Notes: generated by a model from the letters alone, not told the origin. DNA of 57,171 bases from Planctomycetia bacterium (GCA_031400775.1 JANNQN010000437.1:1-57171); one strand, 5' to 3'. Counted from the stretch's first letter, positions 44,295 to 54,115 are shown. Program-made: numbers and translations.

Positions 44295-45589
44295 CGTTCG
44301 TCGATAAACCGTTTGCCTTTGCCTTCCACGCGGGGCAAGCTCCCCAGCGGCGTGGTGAGGACTTCCACCTTCAGACCCAGCCGCAGTTGCAACTCCTGGG
44401 CTACCCTGTTGGGATCGTTCAGACGGTCCTCGATCTCGACCACGAGTTGATCCATCGCGCCGTTGGTGCGGGCCGTCATCCGATATTCGATCACTTCGGG
44501 AAAGCCGCGCAAGATCTGCTCGATCGAACTGGGAAACACATTTACGCCGCGGATGACCATCATGTCGTCGGCCCGGCTGAGCACGCCGCCCGGCAGGAAC
44601 ACGAAACGATTCGGCCCCACGCGCCGCCAACTCGGTCGCACCAGGTCGCCCGTGCGGTAGCGAATCACAGGGCTGCCGACGCGTCCCAAGTTCGTCAGCA
44701 CCAGCTCGGCCAGCTCGCCTTCGCCGGCCGCGGCGCCGGTTTCGAGCGACAAGAATTCGGCGATGAAATCGTTCTCGTTGATGTACAAGCCTTCGCCATT
44801 CGGATCGCCGTAGCCCCAGGGTCCGACCTCGGTGGCGCCGCTGTGGTCAATCACGCGGGCCTGCCAGGCATTCTCGATGCGGCTGCGAATCTCCGGCACC
44901 GACCCGCCGGCCTCGCCCGCTAGGATCAACTTCGTGACTTCCAGATCGCCGATCGTGATCTGGTTTTCGACAGCCACTTCGACCAGATGCAGGGCGTAGC
45001 TGGGCGTACAAAACACGGCGGTCGCCCGACTGCGGCGCAACAGCTCCAGCCGAGCCAACGTACTCAAGCCGCCGCCGGGCACGACCAGGCAGCCCCGCGC
45101 GCAGGCCGCGTCGAAAGCGCTCCAGAAGCCGACGAACGGTCCGAACGAAAACGCCATGAACACGCACTGGCCCGACGACACTTCAGCCGCGTCGAGCACG
45201 AATTGCCAGCAATCCATCCACCAGGCCCAATCGTCGGCCGTGTCGAGCACGACCAGCGGCCGGCCGCGCGTGCCCGAAGTCTGATGAAACCGCGTGTAGC
45301 GGTCCTGGGGAAACGTCAGATTGGCGGCCAGATCGCCCGGGTGCAGGGGGTTGAGCAACTCGTCCTTGAAGGTAAACGGCAGTTGCTTGAGCTCGTCGAG
45401 GGCCTGTAAGGGGCCGTCTGCCGAGCGCAGCGCGGCGGCGGGAATCTGCGAGAGCTTGTCGGCGTAAAAACGATTCTGGGGCAGGATCGCCTTGAGCAAC
45501 GTGTTCAGTCTGCCCAATTGATGCGCCGCCAATTGGGCGCTATCCAATGCCTCCAGCCGGCGTCGCTCGTCGAAAGTCGTGGTGATCAT
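44273..45589 (-). CDS. phenylacetate-CoA ligase family (PaaK / F390 synthetase-like) adenylate-forming enzyme
   Basis: 438-aa ORF. FHQTSGTRGRPLVV (AMP-binding P-loop), the ACT-like C-terminus (VVEIEDRL...LGLKVEV) and the overall length are typical of PaaK-like ligases. Confidence 0.8.
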   Translation of the reverse strand: MITTTFDERRRLEALDSAQLAAHQLGRLNTLLKAILPQNRFYADKLSQIPAAALRSADGPLQALDELKQLPFTFKDELLNPLHPGDLAANLTFPQDRYTRFHQTSGTRGRPLVVLDTADDWAWWMDCWQFVLDAAEVSSGQCVFMAFSFGPFVGFWSAFDAACARGCLVVPGGGLSTLARLELLRRSRATAVFCTPSYALHLVEVAVENQITIGDLEVTKLILAGEAGGSVPEIRSRIENAWQARVIDHSGATEVGPWGYGDPNGEGLYINENDFIAEFLSLETGAAAGEGELAELVLTNLGRVGSPVIRYRTGDLVRPSWRRVGPNRFVFLPGGVLSRADDMMVIRGVNVFPSSIEQILRGFPEVIEYRMTARTNGAMDQLVVEIEDRLNDPNRVAQELQLRLGLKVEVLTTPLGSLPRVEGKGKRFIDERCKPTNH

Positions 45590-45602
45590 GCATCAAATCA
45601 TA

Positions 45603-45631
45603 GCAGCCTGTTGATCTACTCAACAGGCTGC
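45603..45631. repeat. perfect 12-5-12 inverted repeat (stem-loop or operator candidate)
   Basis: gcagcctgttga (45603-14), spacer tctac, tcaacaggctgc (45620-31). It lies 14 nt upstream of the PaaK-like start codon. Confidence 0.7.
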
Positions 45632-45716
45632 CACATCGCATGGATGCGATGACAAAACAGCGACGCAAGTCGTTGCTTTGCAAGCCGTGCGGAGCTTAGC
45701 TTCGCACTTGGCGAGG

Positions 45717-45745
45717 TTGAAAAATGCCACGATGGCATTTTTCAA
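45717..45745. repeat. perfect AT-rich 12-5-12 inverted repeat (operator candidate)
   Basis: ttgaaaaatgcc (45717-28), spacer acgat, ggcatttttcaa (45734-45). It lies in the divergent intergenic region between the PaaK-like operon and the MFS gene. Confidence 0.7.
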
Positions 45746-45907
45746 CGGGTTGATAGAGTCCGCCGCACAAGCTGGCCAGCATGCACTCGGCAGCAGTTAT
45801 TCAACTGGCCCGGCGATCCCGTGGGTTGCTAGAATGCTGCGGACGCCGGGCCGTGCGCTTTCGCACTCGGCGTCTTCGACTCAATACGATGGGAAAAACA
45901 CCGCCCG

Positions 45908-47224
45908 ATGACCGACTCGCCTCGCAAAGCCTCGCTGCTGGTCATTTTCTTGACGGTGTTTATCGACCTGCTCGGTTTCGGCATGGTGTTGCCGCTGTTG
46001 CCGATCTACGCCAAGGACTTTGCCCTGCAATTGAATTTGAGCGAAGGGCACACGCAAGTCGGTCTGCTGATCGGCTTGCTCATGTCCAGCTTCTCGCTCA
46101 TGCAGTTCATCTTCGCCCCCTTGTGGGGTCGTATTTCTGATCGCGTCGGGCGCAGGCCGATTTTGATGGTGGGCCTGGCCGGTTCCACGGTGTTTTATTT
46201 CCTCTTCGGCATCGCCACGGTCTACCGCAGCTTGCCGCTCTTGTTCGTTTCGCGCATCGGAGCGGGCATTGCTGGCGCCACGATCTCCACGGCCCAGGCC
46301 TATATCGCCGATGCCACGAGTCTGCAAAACCGCGCCAAGGGCATGGCGCTGATCGGCGCGGCGTTCGGGCTGGGGTTCACGTTCGGACCGTTGTTCGGCT
46401 CGCTGGCGCTGGCCAACGAAGGTGGCAATCCGGGTCCGGGGCCCGGCTATGCCGCCGCCGCCCTCTCGGCCGCGGCGCTGCTCTTGGCTTATTTCAAGCT
46501 GCCGGAAAGTCTCAAGCCGGGCAACGAGGCCGCGGCCCGGCATTGGCTGGATTGGTCCGCGCTGGCCGCGGCCCTTTCCCGACCGGCCGTCGGCGTGCTG
46601 ATTCTGGCCACCTTCGTGTGCATCCTGTCGTTCGCGAATTTTGAGTCGACCTTGTCGCTGATGCTCAATAGCGAAGAAGTCGGCTATCGGTTTGAGCCGT
46701 GGCAAGTATCCCTGGTGTTTGCCTACATCGGACTGGTGCTGACCATCGTGCAAGGCGGAATCGTCCGCCGGATCTCGGGCCGAGTTTCGGAAAGCATCAT
46801 GGCGACCTCCGGCGCACTGGTCGAGATCGGCGGTTTTCTGCTGCTCGCCGCGGCCGTGACGCACAACTCACTGACGCTGCTGCTGGTCGCACTGGCAGTT
46901 GTGGTCAGCGGCTTTGCCTTCATCACGCCGTCGCTCAATTCGTTGCTATCTCGGTGGAGCGATCCTACGAAGCAGGGCGGAATTCTGGGAATCGGCCAGA
47001 GCATCTCGTCGCTCGCCCGGATTGTCGGCCCCATGATCGGAGTGCCGCTGAGTCAGAACGATTCTTTGGCTGCGCGAGTGGGCGCTACGGCCGCCGAGTT
47101 GCCGCTCTATCTGGCGGCGGGTCTGATGGGCGTTGGGCTGGTGCTGATCGTGGTCGCCAGCCGCCGAGGCCGCGACTATCCGGCGTCCGAACCCTCGGCC
47201 GTTGTGCCCGATCCGCTTTTGTGA
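45908..47224 (+). CDS. MFS transporter (drug:H+ antiporter/Tet-like)
   Basis: 438-aa ORF with about 12 hydrophobic segments. MFS motif A GRISDRVGRRPILMVG lies between TM2 and TM3. Confidence 0.88.
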   Translation: MTDSPRKASLLVIFLTVFIDLLGFGMVLPLLPIYAKDFALQLNLSEGHTQVGLLIGLLMSSFSLMQFIFAPLWGRISDRVGRRPILMVGLAGSTVFYFLFGIATVYRSLPLLFVSRIGAGIAGATISTAQAYIADATSLQNRAKGMALIGAAFGLGFTFGPLFGSLALANEGGNPGPGPGYAAAALSAAALLLAYFKLPESLKPGNEAAARHWLDWSALAAALSRPAVGVLILATFVCILSFANFESTLSLMLNSEEVGYRFEPWQVSLVFAYIGLVLTIVQGGIVRRISGRVSESIMATSGALVEIGGFLLLAAAVTHNSLTLLLVALAVVVSGFAFITPSLNSLLSRWSDPTKQGGILGIGQSISSLARIVGPMIGVPLSQNDSLAARVGATAAELPLYLAAGLMGVGLVLIVVASRRGRDYPASEPSAVVPDPLL

Positions 47225-50200
47225 GCCCGATCTGCGTTCGCCGCGCCGTATCCGCCACCGCCGGGCGTTTCGATCGTCAGGACATCGCCGGGCTGGACGC
47301 TGAACTGGGCCTTGCCGCCGAGTTGCTCAACCGGGCCGTCAACTCTCTCGAGCGAATTGCGCCCCAGCGCGCCGGGTTGGCCCCCCGCGAGTCCGTAGGG
47401 CGCTGCCGGCCCTCGGCGCTCGGTGAGCAGCGAAACCTCGAGCGGTTGGAGAAACTTCAGTCGACGCACCACGCCGTCGCCACCCCGCTGTTTGCCGTCG
47501 CCCCCCGAACCGCGGCGTATCGAAAACGATTGCACGCGGACCGGGTAGCGGCGCTCCATCACTTCGGGATCGGTGAGCCGGGTATTGGTCATATGCGTGT
47601 GGACGGCATCGGCCCCGTCGGCCTGCGGTGTGGCGCCGGCTCCGCCGCAAATCGTCTCGTAGTAGCCGAACGCGGCGTCGCCAAACAGCAGATTGTTCAT
47701 CGTTCCCTGGCTGGCGGCGGCCAGACCTAACGCTCCCAGCAAAACGTCGACGATGCGCTGCGAAGTTTCGACGTTGCCGCCCACCACGGCCGGCGACTCC
47801 TCGGCCCGAGGGCTGGCCGGCGGATTTAACAGTCCAGGAGGGATGATGATCTCGACCGGCGCGAGCACGCCCTGGTTGAGCGGAATGTCCTCGGCCAACA
47901 GGGCCCGCAAGACGTACATCACGGCGGCTGTGACGATCGCCGGGTTGGCGTTCAAGTTTCCGGCGCTCACGGGGCCGCTGCCGGTAAAATCGACCGTGGC
48001 CGAATCCCCCTGGATCGTAATCGTCACAACGATCGGCGTGCCGTCGTCCATTCGATCGGCGAACGGGTAGCTGCCGTCCGCGAGCTTGGCGAGCGCTCGG
48101 CGAACTTTGCGCTCGGCGGCGGACTGAATGTGTCGCATGAACGATTCGACCACTTCCAATGAATACCGCTCGACCAGCCGCAGCAAGTCGAGAGCGCCAC
48201 GCCGATTGGCGGCCACCTGCGCCGCAATGTCGGCCAGATTGGCTTCGACGTCGCGCGTTGGATAGGGCGGGGCGAGCAGCAGCGAGCGCAACTCGTCCCA
48301 GCGGGCCGTGCCGGCGTCGACCAGCTTGAAATTGCGAATCAGCACGCCCTCCTCGGCCAGGTTTCTCGAGAACGGTGGCATCGAGCCCGGGCGGATCCCG
48401 CCCAACTCCGCATGATGCGCCCGGCTGGCGGTGAAGAACAAAATCCTTCCGTTTTCACGGTGTACCGGAGTGACCACGGTCACGTCCGGCAAGTGCGAGC
48501 CGCCGCGGTAAGGGTCGTTCGTCGCAAACACGTCGCCCGGGCAAATCGCGGGATTGTCGCGGATGATGCGCCGCACGGTCTCGGCCATCGCGCCCAGATG
48601 GACGGGAATATGAGGTGCGTTGACCACCAGATCTCCCAGGGGAGTAAACAGCGCGCAACTGAAATCGAGCCGCTCCTTCACGTTCACGCTGCTCGAGGTG
48701 TTCCGCAGCGTGATGCCCATCTGCTCGGCGATGGCCGCGAATTGACTGTTGAAAATCTCCAATAGCACAGGGTCATCTTCGCTCGACACCTCGCTCGACA
48801 TGGCGCTCGCGCGTTGGGCGGCAGCCTCTGTCACCAGCAGCTCGCCGCCGCTCAAGACTTCCGCCTCCCAATCGGGATCGATCACGGCAGTCGATGCCTT
48901 CTCGCAGACGATCGCCGGGCCCGAGAAGCGATCGCCCGGCTGCAACTGGCCGCGCTCAAAGACGTTCGTCTCAAGCAATCGGCCACCGAAGTAGGTCGAG
49001 GTCTGCCGCGAAGCGGTTGGCGTCCGTGATGCAACTCGCTGCGAGGCGGCCAGCGGCGACGAACCCCCGCGGGCTTCGATCCGCGCGGCAACGATCTCCA
49101 ACTCGCGACCCTCGTGTATGTAGCCGTAACACTTGCGGTGCTCGTCGGCAAACACGTCGGCACACATGGCGGCCGTTTGTCCAACGGGGCAGGAAACCGT
49201 GAGTGACGCCTCGACGCCACGATAGCGAAGCTCCAGCCAGCGCGTGATCGCGATCTTTTCGCGGGCGATTCCTTCGGCCAGCACGCCTGCGAGCGCTTCG
49301 TCGGCCAGTCGCGCGAACAACGGTTCGAGCTCGGCAATGGTCGCCGACGACAATGGAAGGTAGACACCCGCCATGCGGTGACGCTCGACATCGGCCAGTC
49401 CGATGCCATAAGCGCTTAGCAAGCCGGCGTCCGGATGGTGAAGGATCTGCCGAATGCCCAGTTCGCGGGCCACGGCGCAGGCGTGCTGCCCGGCGGCGCC
49501 GCCAAACGGCACCAGCACGTATTCGCGCGGATCGCATCCCTTGGCCACCGAGATCGAGCCGATCGCCTTGGCCATGTTGGCATTCGCGATGCGTGCGAAT
49601 CCCTCGCTCAATTCCAGTGGCTCGTAGCGAGGGCCGCCGCCAGCGGCGATTTCTTCGATCACTTCGGCCAGCCGTGCCTCGGAGGCCGCGCGATCGAGCG
49701 GAAACGGAAAACGCTCGGGCTCGATTTTTCCCAAGAGCAAGTTGACGTCGGTGATCGCCAGGGGTCCGCCCCGACCGTAACAGGCCGGGCCCGGATTGGC
49801 GCCTGCGCTATCGGGGCCGACGACCAGCTTGACGCCGTCGAAGCGACAAATCGATCCGCCGCCGGCGGCGACCGTTTCGATGGCCAGCATCGGCGCGACG
49901 ACCCGCACGCCGGCCTTCTCGGTCTCGAATTCCAATTCGTAGCGGCCGTCGAACCGTGAAACGTCGGTGCTGGTTCCTCCCATGTCGAAGCCGATCGAAC
50001 GGGCGAATCCGGCCGCCGTGGCCACGCGCGAGAAACCGACCACGCCGCCGGCCGGACCCGAGAGAATGCTGTCCTTGCCCACGAACTGATCGGCCGCGAC
50101 CAGCCCTCCGGCCGAGGTGAGCAACCGCAGCGAACTGCCGGGCAACTCGTCGCCGAGCGTGCGCACGTAGCGGCGCAGGATCGGATTGAGATAGGCGTCC

Positions 50201-51045
50201 ATCACGGTCGTGTCGCCGCGCGAGACGATCTTGATCAATGGCGCAAGCCGGCTCGAAACGCTGATCTCCTCGAAGCCCAACTCGCGGGCGATCTGTTCGA
50301 CGACTTGCTCGTGATCGGGGCGGACGAAGGCATGCAGCAGGCAAATCGCCAGCGACTCGATTCCCTGCTCGCCGAGTTCGGTCAGTTGCCGGCGAACCTG
50401 GTCCGCGTCGGGCGCAAGCAGCACCTGACCGTCGGCGGCCACGCGTTCGTCGATTTCGACCACGGCGGCGAACAGCGGCGGGGGCTTGCGGATATCCAAG
50501 TCGAAGAGACGGGGGCGATTCTGATAGCCGATGCGTAACACTTCGGCGAAACCGCGAGTCGTAATGAAGGCCGTCTTGGCCCCGCGACGTGTAATCAAGG
50601 CGTTGGTGCCGCGGGTGGTTCCCAGGCGCACGCTCACGCGCGGAATCGGCGACGAAAGGGGCAGGCCCAAAAAATAGCGGATCGCCACGATCGGCGCCTC
50701 GATTCCCGCGGAGAGCTCGTAGCGGCTGCCGAGCGGGGGCTCTGCCGGCAAGGGCCGCGCCAGAGCGAGCGTCGAGGTGGACCGATCGAACGTCCGCACG
50801 GTGGATTCGTGAACGGCGACACCCCGATCGTTCAAGAGAACGAAGCGGTAGCCCGCCCAGATGTCGTCGGGATCGGCTGAGCGGGCCGTATCGACGACGC
50901 GGCCGGCGGACGATCCCGGGCCGACGGCGCCTTTGACGATGCCCGAGCTGAGCACCTTATAGTGCAGCAGGTGGCCATCCGGACGGCGAGCAAAGCTGTC
51001 GGTAAACGTTCCGCCGACGTCGATCCAGAATTCCCAGGAGGCCAT
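47176..51045 (-). CDS. fused hydantoinase/oxoprolinase (HyuA-HyuB; ATP-dependent 5-oxoprolinase-like)
   Basis: The ORF is 47176..51612. The protein-like part starts at the ATG at 51045 ([16 protein letters not shown], the HyuA N-terminal motif). The HyuB half begins near [20 protein letters not shown]. The product is 1289 aa. Its 3' end overlaps the convergent MFS gene by 49 nt. Confidence 0.88.
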   Translation of the reverse strand: MASWEFWIDVGGTFTDSFARRPDGHLLHYKVLSSGIVKGAVGPGSSAGRVVDTARSADPDDIWAGYRFVLLNDRGVAVHESTVRTFDRSTSTLALARPLPAEPPLGSRYELSAGIEAPIVAIRYFLGLPLSSPIPRVSVRLGTTRGTNALITRRGAKTAFITTRGFAEVLRIGYQNRPRLFDLDIRKPPPLFAAVVEIDERVAADGQVLLAPDADQVRRQLTELGEQGIESLAICLLHAFVRPDHEQVVEQIARELGFEEISVSSRLAPLIKIVSRGDTTVMDAYLNPILRRYVRTLGDELPGSSLRLLTSAGGLVAADQFVGKDSILSGPAGGVVGFSRVATAAGFARSIGFDMGGTSTDVSRFDGRYELEFETEKAGVRVVAPMLAIETVAAGGGSICRFDGVKLVVGPDSAGANPGPACYGRGGPLAITDVNLLLGKIEPERFPFPLDRAASEARLAEVIEEIAAGGGPRYEPLELSEGFARIANANMAKAIGSISVAKGCDPREYVLVPFGGAAGQHACAVARELGIRQILHHPDAGLLSAYGIGLADVERHRMAGVYLPLSSATIAELEPLFARLADEALAGVLAEGIAREKIAITRWLELRYRGVEASLTVSCPVGQTAAMCADVFADEHRKCYGYIHEGRELEIVAARIEARGGSSPLAASQRVASRTPTASRQTSTYFGGRLLETNVFERGQLQPGDRFSGPAIVCEKASTAVIDPDWEAEVLSGGELLVTEAAAQRASAMSSEVSSEDDPVLLEIFNSQFAAIAEQMGITLRNTSSSVNVKERLDFSCALFTPLGDLVVNAPHIPVHLGAMAETVRRIIRDNPAICPGDVFATNDPYRGGSHLPDVTVVTPVHRENGRILFFTASRAHHAELGGIRPGSMPPFSRNLAEEGVLIRNFKLVDAGTARWDELRSLLLAPPYPTRDVEANLADIAAQVAANRRGALDLLRLVERYSLEVVESFMRHIQSAAERKVRRALAKLADGSYPFADRMDDGTPIVVTITIQGDSATVDFTGSGPVSAGNLNANPAIVTAAVMYVLRALLAEDIPLNQGVLAPVEIIIPPGLLNPPASPRAEESPAVVGGNVETSQRIVDVLLGALGLAAASQGTMNNLLFGDAAFGYYETICGGAGATPQADGADAVHTHMTNTRLTDPEVMERRYPVRVQSFSIRRGSGGDGKQRGGDGVVRRLKFLQPLEVSLLTERRGPAAPYGLAGGQPGALGRNSLERVDGPVEQLGGKAQFSVQPGDVLTIETPGGGGYGAANADRAHKSGSGTTAEGSDAG

Positions 51046-51053
51046 GCGAGGAC

Positions 51054-51887
51054 CTAACCGAGCGGCCGTTGGGGTGGCCCTAGCTGCATGAAGGCCGGCT
51101 GCGGTTGATCGACCTTGACCTGCTCGAAGTTGTTCATGTTCTGCGGAACGCTCTTGTGGACGCAGATCATGTTGATCGAGACGGTATTCGGAAAAACGTT
51201 GTTCGCGTTGCCGAAAAAGTTGTTCGGACTGAAATAGTAGGGCAGGTGCCAGTACATGTTGTAGCCAATCGAATCGATGTGACGCACCAGTTCCTCGGCC
51301 TTTTCGCGTTTGTCGTTTTCGACGTATAAGACCGGCTTGAATCGCTCGATCGTGCGGGCCGCTCCGCGCAAGACGTCGGTCTCCATGCCCTCGACGTCGA
51401 CCTTGATGAAGCTGCAGCGCTGCAGGTTGAAGCTGTCGATGGTCACCACCGGCACATCCTCGCCGACGTCGAAGCTGCCCAGGGCTAGTCCGCCGAAATT
51501 GTTCTCGCGGCGATAGTCGAGCGCCGGCACTTTGATCGATCCGCTCTCGGCGCCGGCGGCCTGGTGCAGCGCGAAGACATTGGGAAGATTGTTCAGCGCC
51601 AGATTGGCGCAAAGCGTCTGATAGACGATTCGTTGCGGCTCAAGCGCCAGCACAATGCCGGCGTTTCCCACCTGTTGCGCCAAAAAGACAGTGTGCGCTC
51701 CAAAGTTGGCTCCGACTTCGACGACCACATTGCCCGGCTGCACTACCTGCCGAAACAGCTCGACTTCGCCTTCGGAGTACTCGCCGTACAGATCGAGCGA
51801 ACGGCCGATATACATGTCGTGGATGTTGTACAACATCTGCCCGTGACGGCACGCTTTCAGCCGATTGTAGTTTTCGAAAATGGCCAA
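51054..51887 (-). CDS. FkbM family methyltransferase
   Basis: 277-aa ORF. VVVEVGANFGAHTVFLA (SAM-binding Gly-rich loop) and FIKVDVEGMETDVLRGA are FkbM hallmarks. Its stop lies 8 nt before the oxoprolinase start. Confidence 0.85.
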   Translation of the reverse strand: MAIFENYNRLKACRHGQMLYNIHDMYIGRSLDLYGEYSEGEVELFRQVVQPGNVVVEVGANFGAHTVFLAQQVGNAGIVLALEPQRIVYQTLCANLALNNLPNVFALHQAAGAESGSIKVPALDYRRENNFGGLALGSFDVGEDVPVVTIDSFNLQRCSFIKVDVEGMETDVLRGAARTIERFKPVLYVENDKREKAEELVRHIDSIGYNMYWHLPYYFSPNNFFGNANNVFPNTVSINMICVHKSVPQNMNNFEQVKVDQPQPAFMQLGPPQRPLG

Positions 51888-51914
51888 GCTGATTCTCCGA
51901 GTGAAGTTTGCGAA

Positions 51915-54104
51915 CTAACGGGTTGGTGAGCGCTTCGAGACAAGTTGACGCAGCACGGTTTTCATCTCGGCAAACACATCGGACCAGTCGCCGGCCGTCG
52001 ATTGCCGGAACAACCGCATCGACGGATACCAGGGGCTGTCGCCGCGGTTTTGCATCCAGCGCCACTCGGGCGCCGCCGCCAGGCCGAGCCACACCGGCAC
52101 TCCCAGGCCGCCGGCCAGATGCGCCGCGGCCGTATCCGACGTGACGATCAGGTCGAGGTTGCACATCACCGCGGCGGTGTCCATGAAGGCGCCCGCGTCT
52201 GTATCCAAGGTACTGCCCAGGTCGACGGCGGTAAACCGGCCCCCGAGCGCGGAAAGTTGCTCGACCCCCGCGGCCTTTTGCAGGCTGATCAGTTGCACGC
52301 CTTCCACCTCGGCCAGCGGAGCGAACGCCGCGAGCGGAATGGAGCGAAAGTGATCGAACGAATAGGCGGCGTTTCCCTGCCAGACCAGCCCGACCTTGAA
52401 GCCCGGATAAGTGCGCAAGTGGTTGCGCCAGTTCTTGAGCAGTCGAGGATCGGCCGCCAGGTAGGGAACCGGGGCCGGAATCGTTTCGAGCGTGGTGCCT
52501 AGCACACCCGGCAAGCTCAGCATCGAGACGTGTACGTCGAACCGGGGCAGCGGCGAACCGCCCGGCAGGACACTGGTAAAGCCCGAGGCTCGCAGCAGCG
52601 GGACCAGCGCCGGCTGGACCTCCACGAAAATGTTGCCGCTGCGCTCGTCGAGCATTCTCAGGTAGCGGATAAAGTGCAAGGTGTCGCCCAGCCCCTGCTC
52701 GGCGTGTACCAGCAGCTTGCGGCCCGCCAGCGGCGAACCATCCCAGCGCGGCACGTCGAAGCGGCGGCCCTTGTAGTCTTTGCACTGGAACCGCCATTCA
52801 TAGTCCTTCCAGCCGGCCGCAAAATCGCCCCGGCTCAAGCGCACGAACGAGCGATTGTAATAGGCCTCTGGATATTGGGGCTTCAGCCGGATCGCTTCGC
52901 CATAGCTCAGCTCGGCCTCGTCGTCCAGATACTGCGAGTGCAGTGCCGCGGCCAGGCTATAGTGCGCCCGAGAGTGGTCCGAGTCGATCGCGATCGCGCG
53001 GCGATGGTATTCGACCGCTTCGGCCGGCTTGCCCAGCATGTGCAACGCGCCGCCGATATTGGCTAATGTATCGGCCGAGTTGGGATCGAGTTCTTCCGCC
53101 CGGAAAAATTGCGCGAGTGCCTCGTCGTAGCGCTTCTGATCCTGTCGCACGGAGCCCAGATTATTGTGCGCCTGGACAAATTCGCCGCTGCGCTCGATGG
53201 CGAGTTGAAAGCACTCGGCGGCCGCGTCGAACTCTTTGCGGTCGTGCAGCACCGAGCCCAGATTGTTGAGCGCTTCGGCCGATTCGGGCCGCTCCAGCAG
53301 CGCCAACCGAAAGCACTGCTCGGCCGCGTCCAGTTGATCCAGGGCGCGAAAAACGCAGCCCAGGTTGTTCTGGGCTTCAAACGCCCGCGGGTTGTGAAAC
53401 ACGGCGGCCTGCAACTCCGTCAGGGCCTCGGTCAGCCGCCCCTGCGATTGCAGCAGCGAGCCCAGCCAGTAATGGGCTTCGGCATGCGCCGGATCGATTT
53501 CGAGGGCCTGGCGAAACGAAGCCTCGGCGGCCGACTGGTTGTCTCGCTTCAATTGCACGTTGGCCAGGCTCATGATGGCCTTGAAATAGCCGGGACGGGC
53601 TGCCAGCGCGGCGGCGTAACACGGTTCCGCCTCGGCCAGTTGCTCGGTGTCGCGATAGGCATTGCCCAGGTTGAAATGGGCTTCGGCAAACTCGGGCGAC
53701 AATTGCACGGCCCGGCGATAGCTGGCGATGGCCTCGGTCGGCTTGCCGACCTGGTTCTAGAGAGCGGCCAGATTGTAGTGCGTTTGCGCGCTGTTGGGGT
53801 CGAGCGCAAGCGCGCGGCGCAAAGCGGTCTCGGCCTTCTCCGGCGCGCCCGAGGAGGCGTAGGCGGCGCCCAGGTGATTGTAGTAGGTCGGATTCGAGCC
53901 ATTGATGGCGACTGCCCGCGCGATGGATTCGGCGGCCTCGGCGGGGCGTCCGGTCTGTTGCGCCGCGACTCCCAATAAGTGCCAAGCGTCGGCATGCTCC
54001 GGCTCGGCCTCGACGATCCGGCGATAAATCTTTTCAGCCTCAGCCAAATCGCCGCGCTGATGGTAGTCGAAGGCTATCGCCATTGCTTCGGCAATCGTGG
54101 CCAC
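51915..54104 (-). pseudogene. TPR-repeat / GT9-like glycosyltransferase gene interrupted by one in-frame TAG (53757-53759)
   Basis: ORFs 53757..54281 and 51915..53708 are in the same frame. Reading across gives ...THYNLAAL*NQVGKPTEAIASYRRAVQLSPEFAEAHFNLGNAY..., an unbroken TPR register. The likely start is the GTG at 54104 (VATIAEAMAIAFDYHQRGDL aligns with MSTIDDALARGLAHHRAGDL of the paralogue), after AAGGAAG. Confidence 0.6.
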
Positions 54105-54115
54105 GCAACTTCCTT

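Noticed and set aside
44295-44630. 112-codon N-terminal extension of the DUF1445 ORF
   Set aside because: The extension is Arg/Gly/Ser-rich and lies entirely inside the PaaK-like gene in another frame. The UPF0317-like sequence begins at the ATG at 44294.
45678-45911. 77-aa ORF inside the palindrome-rich intergenic region
   Set aside because: It has no ribosome-binding site and no recognisable fold or motif, and it is created by the palindromes themselves. I treat the region as non-coding.
51046-51612. 189-codon N-terminal extension of the oxoprolinase ORF
   Set aside because: It overlaps the well-supported FkbM gene in another frame. The HyuA N-terminal motif ([10 protein letters not shown]) follows directly after the ATG at 51045.
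53757-53759. Amber codon read as pyrrolysine or as programmed read-through
   Set aside because: There are no pyl genes or recoding signals in the window, and the lineage is not known for pyrrolysine. A mutation or a sequencing error is far more likely.
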